Below are positions 1 to 13,923 of a DNA stretch of 64,000 nt, one piece after another. The notes under the pieces are model-generated. The model had not been told where the DNA came from and did not search any database. It saw nothing but the letters and a program-made list of their open reading frames with translations. Source of the DNA: Antedon mediterranea. Lineage: Eukaryota > Animalia > Echinodermata. A program made the translations under genes and the position numbers. The stretch lies in NCBI RefSeq assembly GCF_964355755.1, contig NC_092672.1:24441237-24505236 (forward strand), written 5' to 3'. Numbering within the stretch: the stretch's first letter is position 1; each line of letters begins with the position of its first letter.

Positions 1-370
1 CAAATGGCCTAATTCATGCTCTAAATTGATCAAAACTTAATTTTAAGCTTTTTAAATTTTTAACGCGCGATTTCACGCGCATGAACCTAAGTGCACGTGC
101 GTTTTTATTTGCTAATATTTTTACCCTTGACCTGAAGTTTATGTATAGTGAATTTCATTAATATGTGATAATGAATTATGGAGATATGATTGATAATGTG
201 ATTTCACAAAATGGCGTATACGTGACGTCACGGATGAGTGATTATGCTGAAAAGCTTATTAGGACTAAGTTACAGTATTTGAAAGACATTGTGAAATTTT
301 GGTAATCATTGACATTAAACTTTTTTAGATATTTGTTACACAAAATAGTGCCCAGAAACAATAATAACAA
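1..370 (-). mobile_element. Outermost HINE (U0, divergent family), partial body; continues left of the window
   Basis: Degenerate match to the right-hand module of the other units (CGCGCG, ACGTCA, ...ACACAAAA then A-rich linker). Its probable cap is at 35388-35442. Confidence 0.6.
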
Positions 371-1895
371 CTAGACATGTAACTCTTCACTTTGACGAGT
401 TTGGTTATCCGCCGCGCAAGTGGTGCAACATTAACATTAAAGGGATAGGTTGAGGACAAAAGGAAGTGTTCACGTTGGCATTATGACCTGAACTGAAGAA
501 TATGATATGTTGTTATTGCTGAATTTTATTATTTAAATTCATATATAGTATACACAGTATAATCTGTATCCATATCACATACATTGTAGAATAGGTGACA
601 TTACGGGACCCGCTATTTATTGCAATTTCTAACATGTTGACGGTTTTAAAATGAAACGCAAAGTTAGCAATTCCGAAAGAAAATTATCTCAGCAACAACG
701 TATTAGCGTGTAGAAGAAATTTGAATACGTGAAATATTGATGCGCGCTCTTTTAAATGTAATGAATTATGACGCAAAAGATGAAAATACGACCTTTTTTA
801 TTTAACTGGCCATATGATGACGTCACAACATCCGATTGGCAACACTTTTACATAATTTCGTATCTACAATCCAATAGCTTCCAGAAAAAGTTTTAATCGT
901 GATTATCACATTTTATTCTTACGAGCTATAACAGATTAAAATTTACTGTAAAGATGAAATTGATGCCACAGGTGATTTAAATTTTTAGGCATGATGACGT
1001 CAAAAAAATTAAAATATTTTTAACTCATGCGAAAGATAGTTGATTGACCTACACAATATCAAAATCGGGGTGAAAATGGAAAACGGATAAGTGGAGATCC
1101 GCTCTATTCAATGTGATGAGCTATGACGAAAGATACAAAAATCCTAAATTTTATATTCGCGTGACCATACGATGACGTCATAATGTCCGGTTAGTCATAT
1201 TAATACCTGATCCGATATCTACAACTCATCTACTTCCAGAATATGTCATCCACAAAAATTTGACCGTCTAGTTTAGAAATTACGACTGTTTTAAAAATGG
1301 CATATTTTAAACGAATTTTTTAACCTTTTCATAAAAAACGCGCGCAAATTGTCCAATTCGACGTGCTCGTATGACGTATCTTTAAGTCGAAATTGTTTAA
1401 AATTTGGTAAAATTACTAGAAAAGGCTGGAAAAACATAAATCACGCGAAAAAAATACGTTTTCAATGCTACGTGCGCACCGCACACGTAAAAATGTGCGC
1501 ACGCGTGGGAATTTTTGACATGCTTAAAACGACATGAAACGCGTAGAAAGTATATTATAAATTAATTTTGCGCATTTTGAAATTTTAAATGCGCGTGCGC
1601 GCGTAACTTTGTGTAAAACACGCAATTTTTTTTCAACAGAAAGTTAGCGCATGATATAAATTAAACTTTTGCAAAGTTTCAAGTTGAAATGTTATTTGGT
1701 TGTCGACCTATGTTAAATACGACAAAACCGTTAAATCGCGCGTAAGTCACGTTGCGCAATTGTAAACGTCATGAAAAGCTTCGCTTGACGACGTTACGTA
1801 AATGTCAATATGTTAAGATAGTTACCGAAATGTTATGTTTGCGAGTTTTGGAGAAAAGCGTTACACAAAAATCATACAGAAAGAAAGAAGAAGAA
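371..1895 (-). mobile_element. HINE U1 body (subTIR TTGGTTATCCGC); cap displaced to 32162-32240
   Basis: Near-identical to intact copy 33821-35387, whose diagnostic cap (GATTTCGTACAATCAC..GGTTATCCTGCAACTTCGTTGCGGATAACCAA) otherwise occurs only at about 32189-32240. Confidence 0.85.
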
Positions 1896-4800
1896 CTAGA
1901 CATGTAACTCGTCACTTTGACGAGTTAGTTATCCGCACGACAAAGGCCACGTGCACGTCATACGTTAGAATATTGCACACAGAAAAAGATTATGGCAATA
2001 TGACCTGAACTGAAGAATATGATATGTTGTTATTGCTGAATTCTGTTATTTTTTGTCATATAGTATATACAATATGTGACCTGCTCTGGCAAAGTGAAAC
2101 ATAAGTCGAAAATTTAAATTTTTCAGATTTGTATTCTATCTGGTAGGAAATGTTATATCCTTTAGAATGATACCAAACTTAATATTTAACATGAAGGGGA
2201 TCCCGAGATATTGTACGTTAAGTCGAAGCATGTATAAAGAAATATACAAATAACAGTTTTGAGAAAATCATGATTGAATGTCAATGTTATTTTATAAAAC
2301 AACACAAATTAATATTTGTTAATCTAATAGTGTATACTTTCTAAGTATCACACATTCATAAAATATGATACAATGAAATGTTTTTTGGTAGGATATTGAT
2401 TACTGTGACAATGCATACAAAAAAATATTTCCACATTCTATGTTAAGTACATACTTGTGTTTCTTTTAAGCACTTGCTTAAAATGGTAAAAAAGGGGGTA
2501 AATTAATGTTTTTACACTAAAAAAACTGTATTATTCTTTAAGAATTAATTAAATGTATACAATAAATTAAGTTATATAACATTAAATACCATTTCTTGAA
2601 CTACTGGATTTAAGTACGTTCTTAAAAGTTACTTAAATAATTTAAATTTTAGTTGTGTAGTGCCTGCTGATTAGATAACAAATACAACTTAAATAACATT
2701 ATGCGATTGCTTTAATCAATTAAATAATGGATATGTTTTAAGCATATACTAATGTATTAAGTTTGTTTTAAGCATTTACTTAAAATTGTGTAATGTTCAT
2801 GAAATTATGTTGGTGTAAGTGCATAATAATAGCCTACAATAACATGAATTAATACAATACTTATTATGTAAAAACAATAAATATGGTAGGCCTATGTGAT
2901 ATGTAGGCAAATAAAAGTGCCACTTAGGCCTAGCCTACCTATCCTAGCTAGGCCTATTTGCCCTGCAACCTACCTAGCTAGCCTACCTAGGCCTAGCTAG
3001 TCTAGTCTAGACCTGCTAGGCCTACCCTAGTAGGGCCTAGCTAGGCTAGGACAAGTAGGCCTAGAAGGACCCAGCCTGGAGTCCAAAAGCCTACTTAGTA
3101 GGCCTAGAGGCTAGTCACTACACTGGCTGTAATAATTTAATATCATAGGTCCTACTTGTCCTAGCCTAGCTAGGCCCTACTAGGGTAGGCCTTGCTACTC
3201 TCATTATGTTTTTATTTTTAGTCATTGTATTTGGCCTAGGCCTAGGCCCTAGACTAGATCCATCGATTATCTTAAATCTGAATTGTTTACACTCTCTTCT
3301 CCGCGTAAAAAGTAAACAGGTCAAAGGTCATTATAAGGATAAGCCAATTACAGTACTGTATTTCTACTACGCGCTAGCCATTACGTGGCGTATCCTTGAC
3401 AACGGATTTCTGTTGCGTAAAAATCACATCAGAGAAGCTTTTTACCTCCTCTAATTCCCGCTGAAGAAGCCAAAAATATTGAAAACCACTTGAAATACCC
3501 ACTGAATATGGCTTATGAATATTTAAATTTTCAGACTCTACCATGTTTCTAAAGGTAGCTATACAAATATTTTCATAAACTGCACAGTTTTCTAACAGTG
3601 TTTCATGCACTTTATTTCATTTTTTTGCAACAAAATGAAATCAAGACATAAAAGGTACTCATTAAAATCACTTATTTAGCCCTTTTATAAACTTAATTCA
3701 CACAAAATGAAACTTGATCTTGATTCTTAAATAGTTGTAGATTCCAAAAAGGGGAAAACCCTATTTTCACCAAGATAGTGATTTTTAACGTACATAGTAC
3801 TTCTATAGGTCAATACACTGAATAAAGATCAGCGAGTTATGTTTCACTATGCCAGAGCAGGTCACATATAATCTGTATACATATTACATACAGTGTAGAA
3901 TAGGTGAAATGACTGAACCCGCCATTTATTCCAATTTTTAACATGGCGACGGTATCAAAATGAAACACTAAGATAGCAATTTCGGAAGGAAATTATCTCG
4001 GCAACAACATATTAATGTGTAGAAGAAATTTAAATACGTAAAATATTGATGCGCGCTCTTTTAAATGTAATAAATTATGACGCAAAAGATGAAAATACGA
4101 CTTTTTTTATTTAACTGGTCATATGATGACGTCACAACATCCGATTGGCAAAATTTTCACATGATTTCCTATCTACAATCCAATAGCTACTAGAAAACGT
4201 TCTACGAGCTATACAGATTAAAATTTACTGTAAAGATGAAATTAATGCCACACGTAATTTAAATTTTTAGGCATGATGACGTCATAAAAATTAAAATATT
4301 TTTAACTCATGCGAAAGATAGTTGATTGACCTAGACAATATAAAAATCGGGGTGAAAATGGAAAACGGCTAAGTTGAGATGCGCTCTATTAAATGTGATG
4401 ACCTATAACGAAAGATACAAAAATCCTTTATTTTATATTTGCGTGGCCATACGATGACGTCATAATGTCCGGTTAGCCATATTAATACATGATCCGATAT
4501 ATACAACTAATCAACTTCCAGAATATGTTATCCACAAAAAGTTGACCGTGCAGTTTAGAAATTACGACTGTTTAAAAAAAGGCATAATTTTGACAAATTT
4601 TTGAACTTTTTCATAAAAAAAGCGCACAAATTGTTCAATTCGACGTGCTCATATGACATGATTTTAAGTCGAAATTGTTTAAAAGTTGATAAAATTACTA
4701 AAAAAAAGCTAGAAAAACATAAATCACGAGAAAAAAATATGTTTTCAACGCTACATGCGCACCGCGCACGTAAAAATTTGCGGGCGCGTGGGAATTTTTG

Positions 4801-5175
4801 ACATGCTTAAAATTACATGAAACGCGTAGAAAGTTGATTAGAAATTAATTTTGCGTATTTTGAAATTTTAAATGCGCGTGCGCGCGTAACTTTGTGTGAA
4901 ACATGCCATTTTTAATCCACAGAAAATTGACTCTTGATATAAATTAAATTTTCACCAAGTCTCAATACAAATCGACTTTTGGTTTTTAATCTATGATCAA
5001 TCATTTAAATTCATAAAATTGCGTGCAAGTCACATTGCGCAACTCTGACGTTTTTCAAAAATAGGAGGTGCACAACTTCACGTAAATGTCTATATTTTGA
5101 GAAAGTTACGATATGTTCTGTTTACACATTTTAGAGAAACAGGGCTCACAAAAAAAAGGAAGAAAGACAGAAGAA
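1896..5175 (-). mobile_element. HINE U2 body, interrupted by a TIR element; cap displaced to 25628-25693
   Basis: Ends ACAGGGCTCACAAAAAAAAGGAAGAAAGACAGAAGAA, like intact U19, which continues TAATACAG..GATCCCATACAATAAC; that continuation is at 25628. Confidence 0.82.
2075..3866. mobile_element. Non-autonomous TIR DNA transposon (1.8 kb) with TA target-site duplication
   Basis: TIRs TGTGACCTGCTCTGGCAAAGTGAAACATAA / TTATGTTTCACTATGCCAGAGCAGGTCACA. TA at 2073-2074 and 3867-3868; the empty site AATATAATCTG is seen in sister units. Superfamily not assigned. Confidence 0.88.
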
Positions 5176-6960
5176 CTAGACATGAAACTCGTCACTTTGA
5201 CGAGTTAGTTATCCGCACGACAAACGCCACGTGCACGTCACGTTGGAATATTGCACACCGAAAAAGATTATGTCATTATGACCTGAACTGAAGAATATGA
5301 CATGTTGTTAGTGCTGAATGCTGTATATTTTCTGTCATATAGTATACACAGTATAATCTGTATACATGTCACAAACAGTGTAAAATAGGTGAAATTACGG
5401 GACCCGTATTTTATTTTAATTTTCAAAAGGAAACGCGAAGGTACAGTAATAATTTCGGAAGAAAATTATCTCAGCAACAACATATTAACGTTTAGAAGAA
5501 ATTTGAATACGTGAAATATTAATGCGCGCTTTTTTAAATGTAATGAACTATGACGCAAAAGATGAAAATATGACTTTGTTTATTTAACTGGCCATATGAT
5601 GACGTCACAACATCTGATTGGCAAAAAGTTCACATGATTTCGTATCTACAATCCCATAGCTTCCTGAAAACGTTTTAATCGTGATTATCACATTTTATTC
5701 TTACGAGCTATAACAGATTAAAATTTACTGTAAAGATGAAATTAATGACGCTGTTAATTAAAATTTTTAGGCATGGTGACGTCATAAAAATTAAAATATT
5801 TTTAACTCATGCGTAAGATAGTTGATTGACCTAGACAATATTAAAATCTCAGAGAAAAAGGAATACAGATAGGCGTGATGCGCTCCATTGAATATGATGA
5901 GCAATAACGAAAGAGACAAAAATCCTATATTTTACATTCGTGTGGCCATACGATGACGTCACAATGTCCGGTTAGCCATATTGATTCATGATCCGATTTC
6001 TACAACTCATCAACTTCCAGAATATGTAATTAAAAAAAAGTTCACCTCGTTGTTTAGAATCTATGACTGTTTAAAAAAAGGCATAATTTTGACAAATTTT
6101 TGAACTTTTTCATCAAAAACGCACGTAAAGTATCCAATTCAACGTGCCCGTATGACGTAATTGTAAGTCGAAATTGTTTTAAAATTTGTAAAATTACTAT
6201 AAAAGGCTGGAAAAACATAATTCAATAAAAAAAAAATACTTTTAGCGCTACGTGCGCACCACGCGCATAAAATTGTTCGCGCGCGTGGGAAATTTTGACA
6301 TGGTCAAAATGTCATGATCAGCGTAGAAAGTTGATTAAAAATTAATTTTGCGCATTTTGAATTTTAAATGCACGTGCGCGCGTAACTTTGTGTAAAACAC
6401 GAAATTTTTTTCCACAAAAAGTTAGCGTATGATATAAATTAAAGTTTTGCTAAGTTTCAATTTAAATTGTTATATGGTTTTAAATCTATGTTAAATACGC
6501 GAAATTCATAAAATCGTGCGTAAGTCACGTTGCGCATTTCTGACGTCATTCACAATAGGAGGTGCACAACTTCACGTGAATGCCCATATCTTGACAAAGT
6601 TATGAAATGTTATGTTTACACGTTTTTGAGATACGCGAGATACAAAAATAGATGAGAAATGCGCGTGCGCGCGTAACGTCTTGTAAAACATGGCATTTTT
6701 AATCCACAAAAAGTTTGCCCTTGATATGACTTAAATTTTCACAAAGTGTCAAAACAAATTTATGCTTGGTTTTTATTCTATGATCAATCATAAAAAATCA
6801 TAAAATCGCACGTAAGTCACGTTGCGCAACTCTGACGTCATTCAAAAATAGGAGGTGCACAACTTCACGTAAATGCCCATATGTTGACAAAGTTATGAAA
6901 TGTTATGTTTACAAGTTTTTGAGATACGTGAGGCACAAAAATGAGGGAGAAAGAAATAAG

Positions 6961-6993
<33 letters not shown>

Positions 6994-7037
6994 CAGGACG
7001 ATTACAAGGAGTTATCCGCTACTAAGCGGATAACTAA
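5176..7037 (-). mobile_element. HINE U3, complete, with duplicated ~290 bp module
   Basis: Both termini present; module repeated at about 6367-6657 and 6658-6950; long poly(A) linker before the cap. Confidence 0.85.
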
Positions 7038-8559
7038 CTAGACATGAAACTCGTCACTTTGACGAGTTAGTTATCCGCACGACAAACGCCACGCGCACGT
7101 CATACGTTGGAATTTTGCACACGGAAAAAGAGTATGACATTATGACCTGAACTGAAGAATATCATATGCTGAATTCTGTCAATTTTGTGTCATATAGTAT
7201 ACAGTGCAAACGGTATAATCTGTAAACATGTTACATACAGTGTAGAATAGGTGAAATTACGGGTCCCCCCGTTTATACTTATTTTTAACACGGCTTCGGT
7301 ATCAAAATGAAACACTAAGATAGCAATTTCGGAAGGAAATTATCTCAGCAACAACATATTAACGTGTGGAAGAAATTTGAATACGTAAAATATAGATGCG
7401 CACCCTTTTAAATGTGATGAACTATTACGCAAAATATGAAAATACGACTTTTTTTATTCAACTGGCCATATGATGACGTTACAACATCCGATTGGCAAAA
7501 TGTTTACATGAATTCGTATCTACAATCCAATAGCTTCCAGAAAACGTTTTAATCATGATTATCACGTTTTATTCTGACGAGCTATAACAGATTGAAATTT
7601 ACTGTAAAGATGAAAATAAGTGACCCACGTTATTTTCATTTTTAGACATGATGACGTCATAAAAATTAAAATATTTTAACTCATGCGAAAGATAGTTGAT
7701 TGACCTAGATAATATAAAAATCGGGGTGAAAATGGAAAACAGATAATTGGAGATGCGCTCTATTAAATGTGATGAGCTATGATGAAAGATACAAAAATTC
7801 TATTTTTTATATTCGCATGGCCATACGATGACGTCACAATGTCCGGTAAGCCATATTGATGCATGATACATGATCTACAACTCATCATCTTCCAAAATAC
7901 GTAATAAAACTAACTTTTACCGTTTAGTTTAGAAACTACGATTGTTTAAAAAAAGGTATAATTTTGACAAATTTTGACAAATTTTTGAACTTTTTCATCA
8001 AAAACGCACATAAATTATCCAATTCGACGTGCCCGTATGACGTAATTTGAAGTCGAAATTGTTTAAAAGTTGGTAAAATTACTAGAAAAGGCAGAAAAAA
8101 CATAAATCACGCGAAAAAATCTGTTTTTAACGGTACGTGTGCTCCGCGCGCGTAAAAATTGGCGCGCGCCTTGGAATTTTTGACATTCTCAAAATGACAT
8201 GAAACGCGTAGAAAGTTGATTAGAAATTAATTTTGCACATTTTGAAATTTTAAATGCGCGTACGCGCGTAACTTTTTGTAAAACACGCATTTTTTTTTCA
8301 ACAAAAGTTAGCGCATGATATAAATTAAACTTTTGCAAAGTTTCAATTTAAAATGTTATTTGGTTTTTGACCTATGTTAAATATTTGAAATTCATTAAAT
8401 CGCGCGTAAGTCATGTTGCGCAACTCTGACATAATTCAAAAATAGGAGGTGCACAACTTCACGTGAATGCCCTCATGCTGACAAAGTTATAACATGTTAT
8501 GTTTACAAGTTTTTGAGATACGCGAGACACAAAAATGGGGGAGAAGGAAAGAAAAAAAA
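7038..8559 (-). mobile_element. HINE U4 body; probable cap 25578-25627
   Basis: CTAG/stem-loop/subTIR end; body stops in the A-rich linker; near-identical to U5. Confidence 0.8.
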
Positions 8560-10091
8560 CTAGACATGAAACTCGTCACTTTGACGAGTTAGTTATCCGC
8601 ACGACAAACGCCACGCGCACGTCATACGTTGGAATTTTGCACACGGAAAAAGATTATGACATTATGACCTGAACTGAAGAATATCATATGCTGTTAGTGC
8701 TGAATTCTGTCAATTTTGTGTCATATAGTATATACAGTGCAAACGGTATAATCTGTATACATGTTACATACAGTGTAGAATAGGTGAAATTACGGGTCCC
8801 CCCGTTTATACTTATTTTTAACACGGCTTTGGTATCAAAATGAAACACTAAGATAGCAATTTCGGAAGGAAATTATCTCAGCAACAACATATTAACGTGT
8901 GGAAGAAATTTGAATACGTAAAATATAGATGCGCGCCCTTTTAAATGTGATGAACTATTACGCAAAATATGAAAATACGACTTTTTTTATTCAACTGGCC
9001 ATATGATGACGTTACAACATCCGATTGGCAAAATGTTTACATTAATTCGTATCTACAATCCAATAGCTTCCAGAAAACGTTTTAATCATGATTATCACGT
9101 TTTATTCTGACGAGCTATAACATATTGAAATTTACTGTAAAGATGAAAATAAGTGACCCACGTTATTTTCATTTTTAGACATGATGACGTCATAAAAATT
9201 AAAATATTTTAACTCATGCGAAAGATAGTTGATTGACCTAGATAATATAAAAATCGGGGTGTAAATGGAAAACAGATAATTGGAGATGCGCTCTATTAAA
9301 TGTGATGAGCTATGATGAAAGATACAAAAATTCTATTTTTTATATTCGCATGGCCATACGATGACGTCACAATGTCCGGTAAGCCGTATTGATGCATGAT
9401 ACATGATCTACAACTCATCATCTTCCAAAATACGTAATAAAAATAACTTTTACCGTTTAGTTTAGAAACTACGACTGTTTAAAAAAAGGTATAATTTTGA
9501 CAAATTTTGACCAATTTTTGAACTTTTTCATCAAAAACGCACATAAATTATCCAATTCGACGTGCCCGTATGACGTAATTTGAAGTCGAAATTGTTTAAA
9601 AGTTGGTAAAATTACTAGAAAAGGCTGAAAAAACATAAATCACGCGAAAAAATCTGTTTTTAACGGTACGTGTGCTCCGCGCGCGTAAAAATTTGCGCGT
9701 GCCTGGGAATTTTTGACATTCTCAAAATGACATGAAACGCGTAGAAAGTTGATTAGAAATTAATTTTGCGCATTTTGAAATTTTAAATGCGCGTACGTGC
9801 GTAACTTTTTGTAAAACACGCATTTTTTTTTCAACAAAAAGTTAGCGCATGATATAAATTAAACTTTTGCAAAGTTTCAATTTAAAATGTTATTTGGTTT
9901 TTGACCTATGTTAAATATGTGAAATTCATAAAATCGCGCGTAAGTCATGTTGCGCAACTCTGACATAATTAAAAAATAGGAGGTGCACAACTTCACGTGA
10001 ATGCCCTCATGCTGACAAAGTTATAACATGTTATGTTTACAAGTTTTTGAGATACGTGAGACACAAAAATGGGGGAGAAGGAAAGAAAAAA
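8560..10091 (-). mobile_element. HINE U5 body; probable cap 20797-20843
   Basis: Shares U4-specific variants (CAGTGCAAACGGTATAATC, GGGTCCCCCCG, GGGGGAGAAGGAAAG). Confidence 0.8.
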
Positions 10092-12501
10092 CTAGACATG
10101 TAACTCGTCACTTTGACGAGTTAGTTATCCGCACGACAAACGCCACGTGCACGTCATACGTTGGAATATTCCACACAGAAAAAGATTATGGCATTATGAC
10201 CTGAACTGATGAATATGATATGTTGTTATTGCTGAATTCTGTTATTTTGTGTCATATAGTATATACAATATAATCTGTATACATATTACATACAGTTTAA
10301 AATAGGTGAAATTACGGGACCCCCGTTTATTCCTATTTTTAACATGGCGACGGTATCAAAATGAAACACTAAGATAGCAATTTCGGAAGGATATTATCTC
10401 AGTAATAACATATTAACATGTAGAAGAAATTAGAATACGTAAAATATAGATGCGCGCTCTTTTAAATGTGATGAACTATGACGCAAAAGATGAAAATACG
10501 ACTTTTTTTATTCAACTGGTCATATGATGACGTCACAACGTCGGATTGGAAAAATGTTGACATGAATTCGTATTTACAATACAATAGCTTCCAGAAAACG
10601 TTTTAATCATGATTACCGCTTTTTATTCGGACGAGCTATAACAGATTGAAAGTTACTGTAAAGATGAAAATAAGTGACCCACGTTATTTACATTTTTAGA
10701 CATGATGACGTCAAAAAAATTAAAATATTTTTAACCCATGCGAAAGGTAGTTGGTTGACCTAAAAAATATCAAAATCTGGGTTAAAATGAAAAAAGGGTA
10801 AGTGGAGATGCGCTCTATTAAATGTGATGCTCTATGACGAAAGATACAAAAATCCTATATTTTATATTCGCATGGCCATACGATGACGTCAAAATGTCCT
10901 GTTAGCAATATTGATGCATGATACGATATCTACAACTCATCATCTTCCAGAATACGTAATAAAAATAACTTTTACCGTTTAGTTTAGAAACTAAGACTGT
11001 TTTAAAAAAGGTATAATTTTGACAAATTTTAAGGAATTTTTGAACTTTTTCATCAAAAACGTACGGAAATTATCCAATTCGACGTGCTCGTATGACGTTA
11101 ATTTTAAGTCAAAATTGTTTAAAAGTTGGTAAAAGTACTTGAAAAGGCTGGAAAAACATAAATCACGAGAAAAAAATTGTTTTCAACGCTACGTGCGCAC
11201 AGCGCGCGTAAAAATATGCGCTCGTGTGGGAATTTTTGACATGCTCAAAATGACATAAAACGCGTAGAAAGTTGATTAGAAATTGATTTTTCGCATTTTG
11301 AAATTTTAAACGCGCGTGCGCGCGTAACTTCGTGTGAAACATGCCATTTTTTTCCCACAGTCAGTTAGCGCAAGATATAACTTAAAGTTTTTCTAAGTTT
11401 CAAATTAAAATGTTATATGGTTTTCGATCTATGTTAAATACGCGAAATTCATAAAAACGCGCGTAAGTCACGTTGCGCAACTCTGACGTCATTCACAATA
11501 GCAGGTGCACAACTTCACGGGAATGCCCACATGTTGACAAAGTTATAAAATGTTATGTTTACACGTTTTTGAGTTACGCGTGACACAAAAATGACAGAAA
11601 GAAAGAAGAATACAGAAAAAAAAAAGATATTTTAACTCATGCGAAAGATAGTTGATTGACCTAGACAGTATTCAAATATATGAGGAAATGGAATACGTAT
11701 AAGCGATATGCGCTCTATTTAATGTAATGAGCAATAACGAAACAGTCAAAAATCCAATATTTTACATTCGTGTGGCCATACGATGACGTCATAACATCCG
11801 AGGGGTAAAGATTCTGCATGAATTCATATCTACAACATATCTGCTTACATATTAAATTAAAAAAATTGGAGGTAACGGTTGATCCTGAGGAGCTATAATA
11901 GATTCAAAGTAGGCATAATTTTGACAATATTTTGTCACTTTTGCAACTAAAACGCACGCAAATTGTCTAAATCAACGTGTTCGTATGACGTCATTTTAAT
12001 TTGAAATGATGTCAATCTTTTTTAAAATGACTAGGAAAGACTGGAAAATTACAATTCAAGATAAAAACACATGATTTTCATGCTCCGTGCGCACCTTACG
12101 CGTAATTTTTTTCACGCGCGTGGGAATTTTTGACAAGCTCAAAATGTCATGATCAGCGTAGAAAGTTGATTAGAAATTAATTTTGCGCATTTTGAAATTT
12201 TAAATGCGCGTGCGCGCGTAACTTCTTGTGAAACATGCCATTTTTAATCCATAGAAAATTTGCACTTGATATGACTTAAATTTTCACAAAGTGTCAAAAC
12301 AAAATTACGCTTGGTTTTTAATCTATGGTCAATCATAAAAAATCATAAAATCGCGCGTAAGTCACGTTGCGCAACTCTGACGTCATTCAAAAATAGGAGG
12401 TGCACAACTTCACGTATATGCCCATATGTTGACAAAGTTATGAAATGTTATGTTTACAAGTTTTTGAGATACGTGAGACACAAAAATGGGGGAGAAAGAA
12501 A
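10092..12501 (-). mobile_element. HINE U6 body fused at ~11627 to a truncated second body (U7); probable cap 20743-20796
   Basis: U6 linker ...AAAAAGAT runs directly into internal sequence ATTTTAACTCATGCG; the U6 cap and the U7 CTAG end are both missing. Confidence 0.75.
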
Positions 12502-13923
12502 CTAGACATGAAACTCGTCACTTTGACGAGTTAGTTATCCGCTCGACAAACGCCACGTGCACGTCATACGTTGGAATGTTGCACACAGAAAAAGATTATG
12601 GCATTATGACCTGAACTGAAGAATATGATATGTTGTTAGTGCTAAATTCTGTCTATTTTGTGTCATATAGTATATACATTTTAAAGTACACAGTATAATC
12701 TGTATACACCTAATTTTAATTTTTAGGCATGATGATGTCATAAAAATTAAATATTTTTAACACATGCATAAGATAGTTGATTGACCTAGACAATATTAAA
12801 ATCTCGGAGAAAAAGGAATACAGATAACGGTGATGCACTCCATTTAATGTGAGGAGCAATAACGAAAGAGACAAAAATCATATATTTTACATTCGTGTGG
12901 CCATACGATGATGTCACAATGTCCGGTTAACCATATTGATTAATGATCCGATATCTACAACTCATCACCTTCCAGAATATGTAAGTAAAAAAAAGTTTAC
13001 CTCGTAGTTTAGAATCTATGATTGTTTTAAAAAAGGCATAATTTTGACGAATTTTTGAATTTTTTCATTAAAAACACGCACAAATTGTACAATTCGACGT
13101 GCTCGTATGACGTAATTTTAAGTCTAAATTGTTTTAAAAGTTGATAAAATTACTATAAAAGGCTGAAAAAACATAATTCACGCAAAAAAGATGTTTTTAG
13201 CGCTACGTGCGGACCACCCGCGTAAGATTGTTCGCGCGCGTGGGAATTTTTGACATGCTCAAAATGTCATGATCAGCGTAGAAAGTTGATTAGAAATTAA
13301 TTTTGCGCATTTTAAATTTTAAATGCGCGTGCGCGCGTAACTTCGTGTAAAACATGACATTTTTAGTGCACAAAAAGTTAGCGCAAGATATAAATTAAAC
13401 TTTTGCTAAGTTTCAATTTAAATTGTTATATGGTTTTCAATCTATGTTAAATACACGAAATTCATAAAATCGCGCGTAAGTCACGTTGCGCATTTCTGAG
13501 GTCATTCACAATAGGAGGTGCACAACTTCACGTGATTGCCCATATGTTGACAAAGTTATGAAATGTTATATTTACAGGTTTTTGAGATACGCGAGACACA
13601 AAAATGGAGGAGAAATGCGCGTGTGCACGTAACTTCTTGTAAAACATGCCATTTTTAATCCATAGAAAGTTTTCCCTTGATATGACTTAAATATTCACCA
13701 AGTGTCAATACAAAATGACTTTTATTTTTTATCCTATGATCAATCAATGAAATTCATAAAATCGCGCGTAAGTCACGTTGCGCAACTCTGACGTCATTAA
13801 AAAATAGGAGGTGCACAACTTCACGTAAATGTCCATATGATGACAAAGTTATGAAATGTTATGTGTACAAGTTTTTGAGATACGCGAGACACAAAAATGG
13901 AGGAGAAAGAAAGAAGAATAATA
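12502..13923 (-). mobile_element. HINE U8 body (internal deletion, double module); cap at 17608-17674
   Basis: Near-identical to intact U11; GAATAATA + TAAAG..GATCCAGG rejoins to the U11 linker GAATAATATAAAG. Confidence 0.87.

Noticed and set aside
6961-6990. Poly(A) tracts as retroposon tails (also 15126-15153, 32039-32060)
   Set aside because: The tracts are internal, followed by the conserved cap, and have no TSDs.
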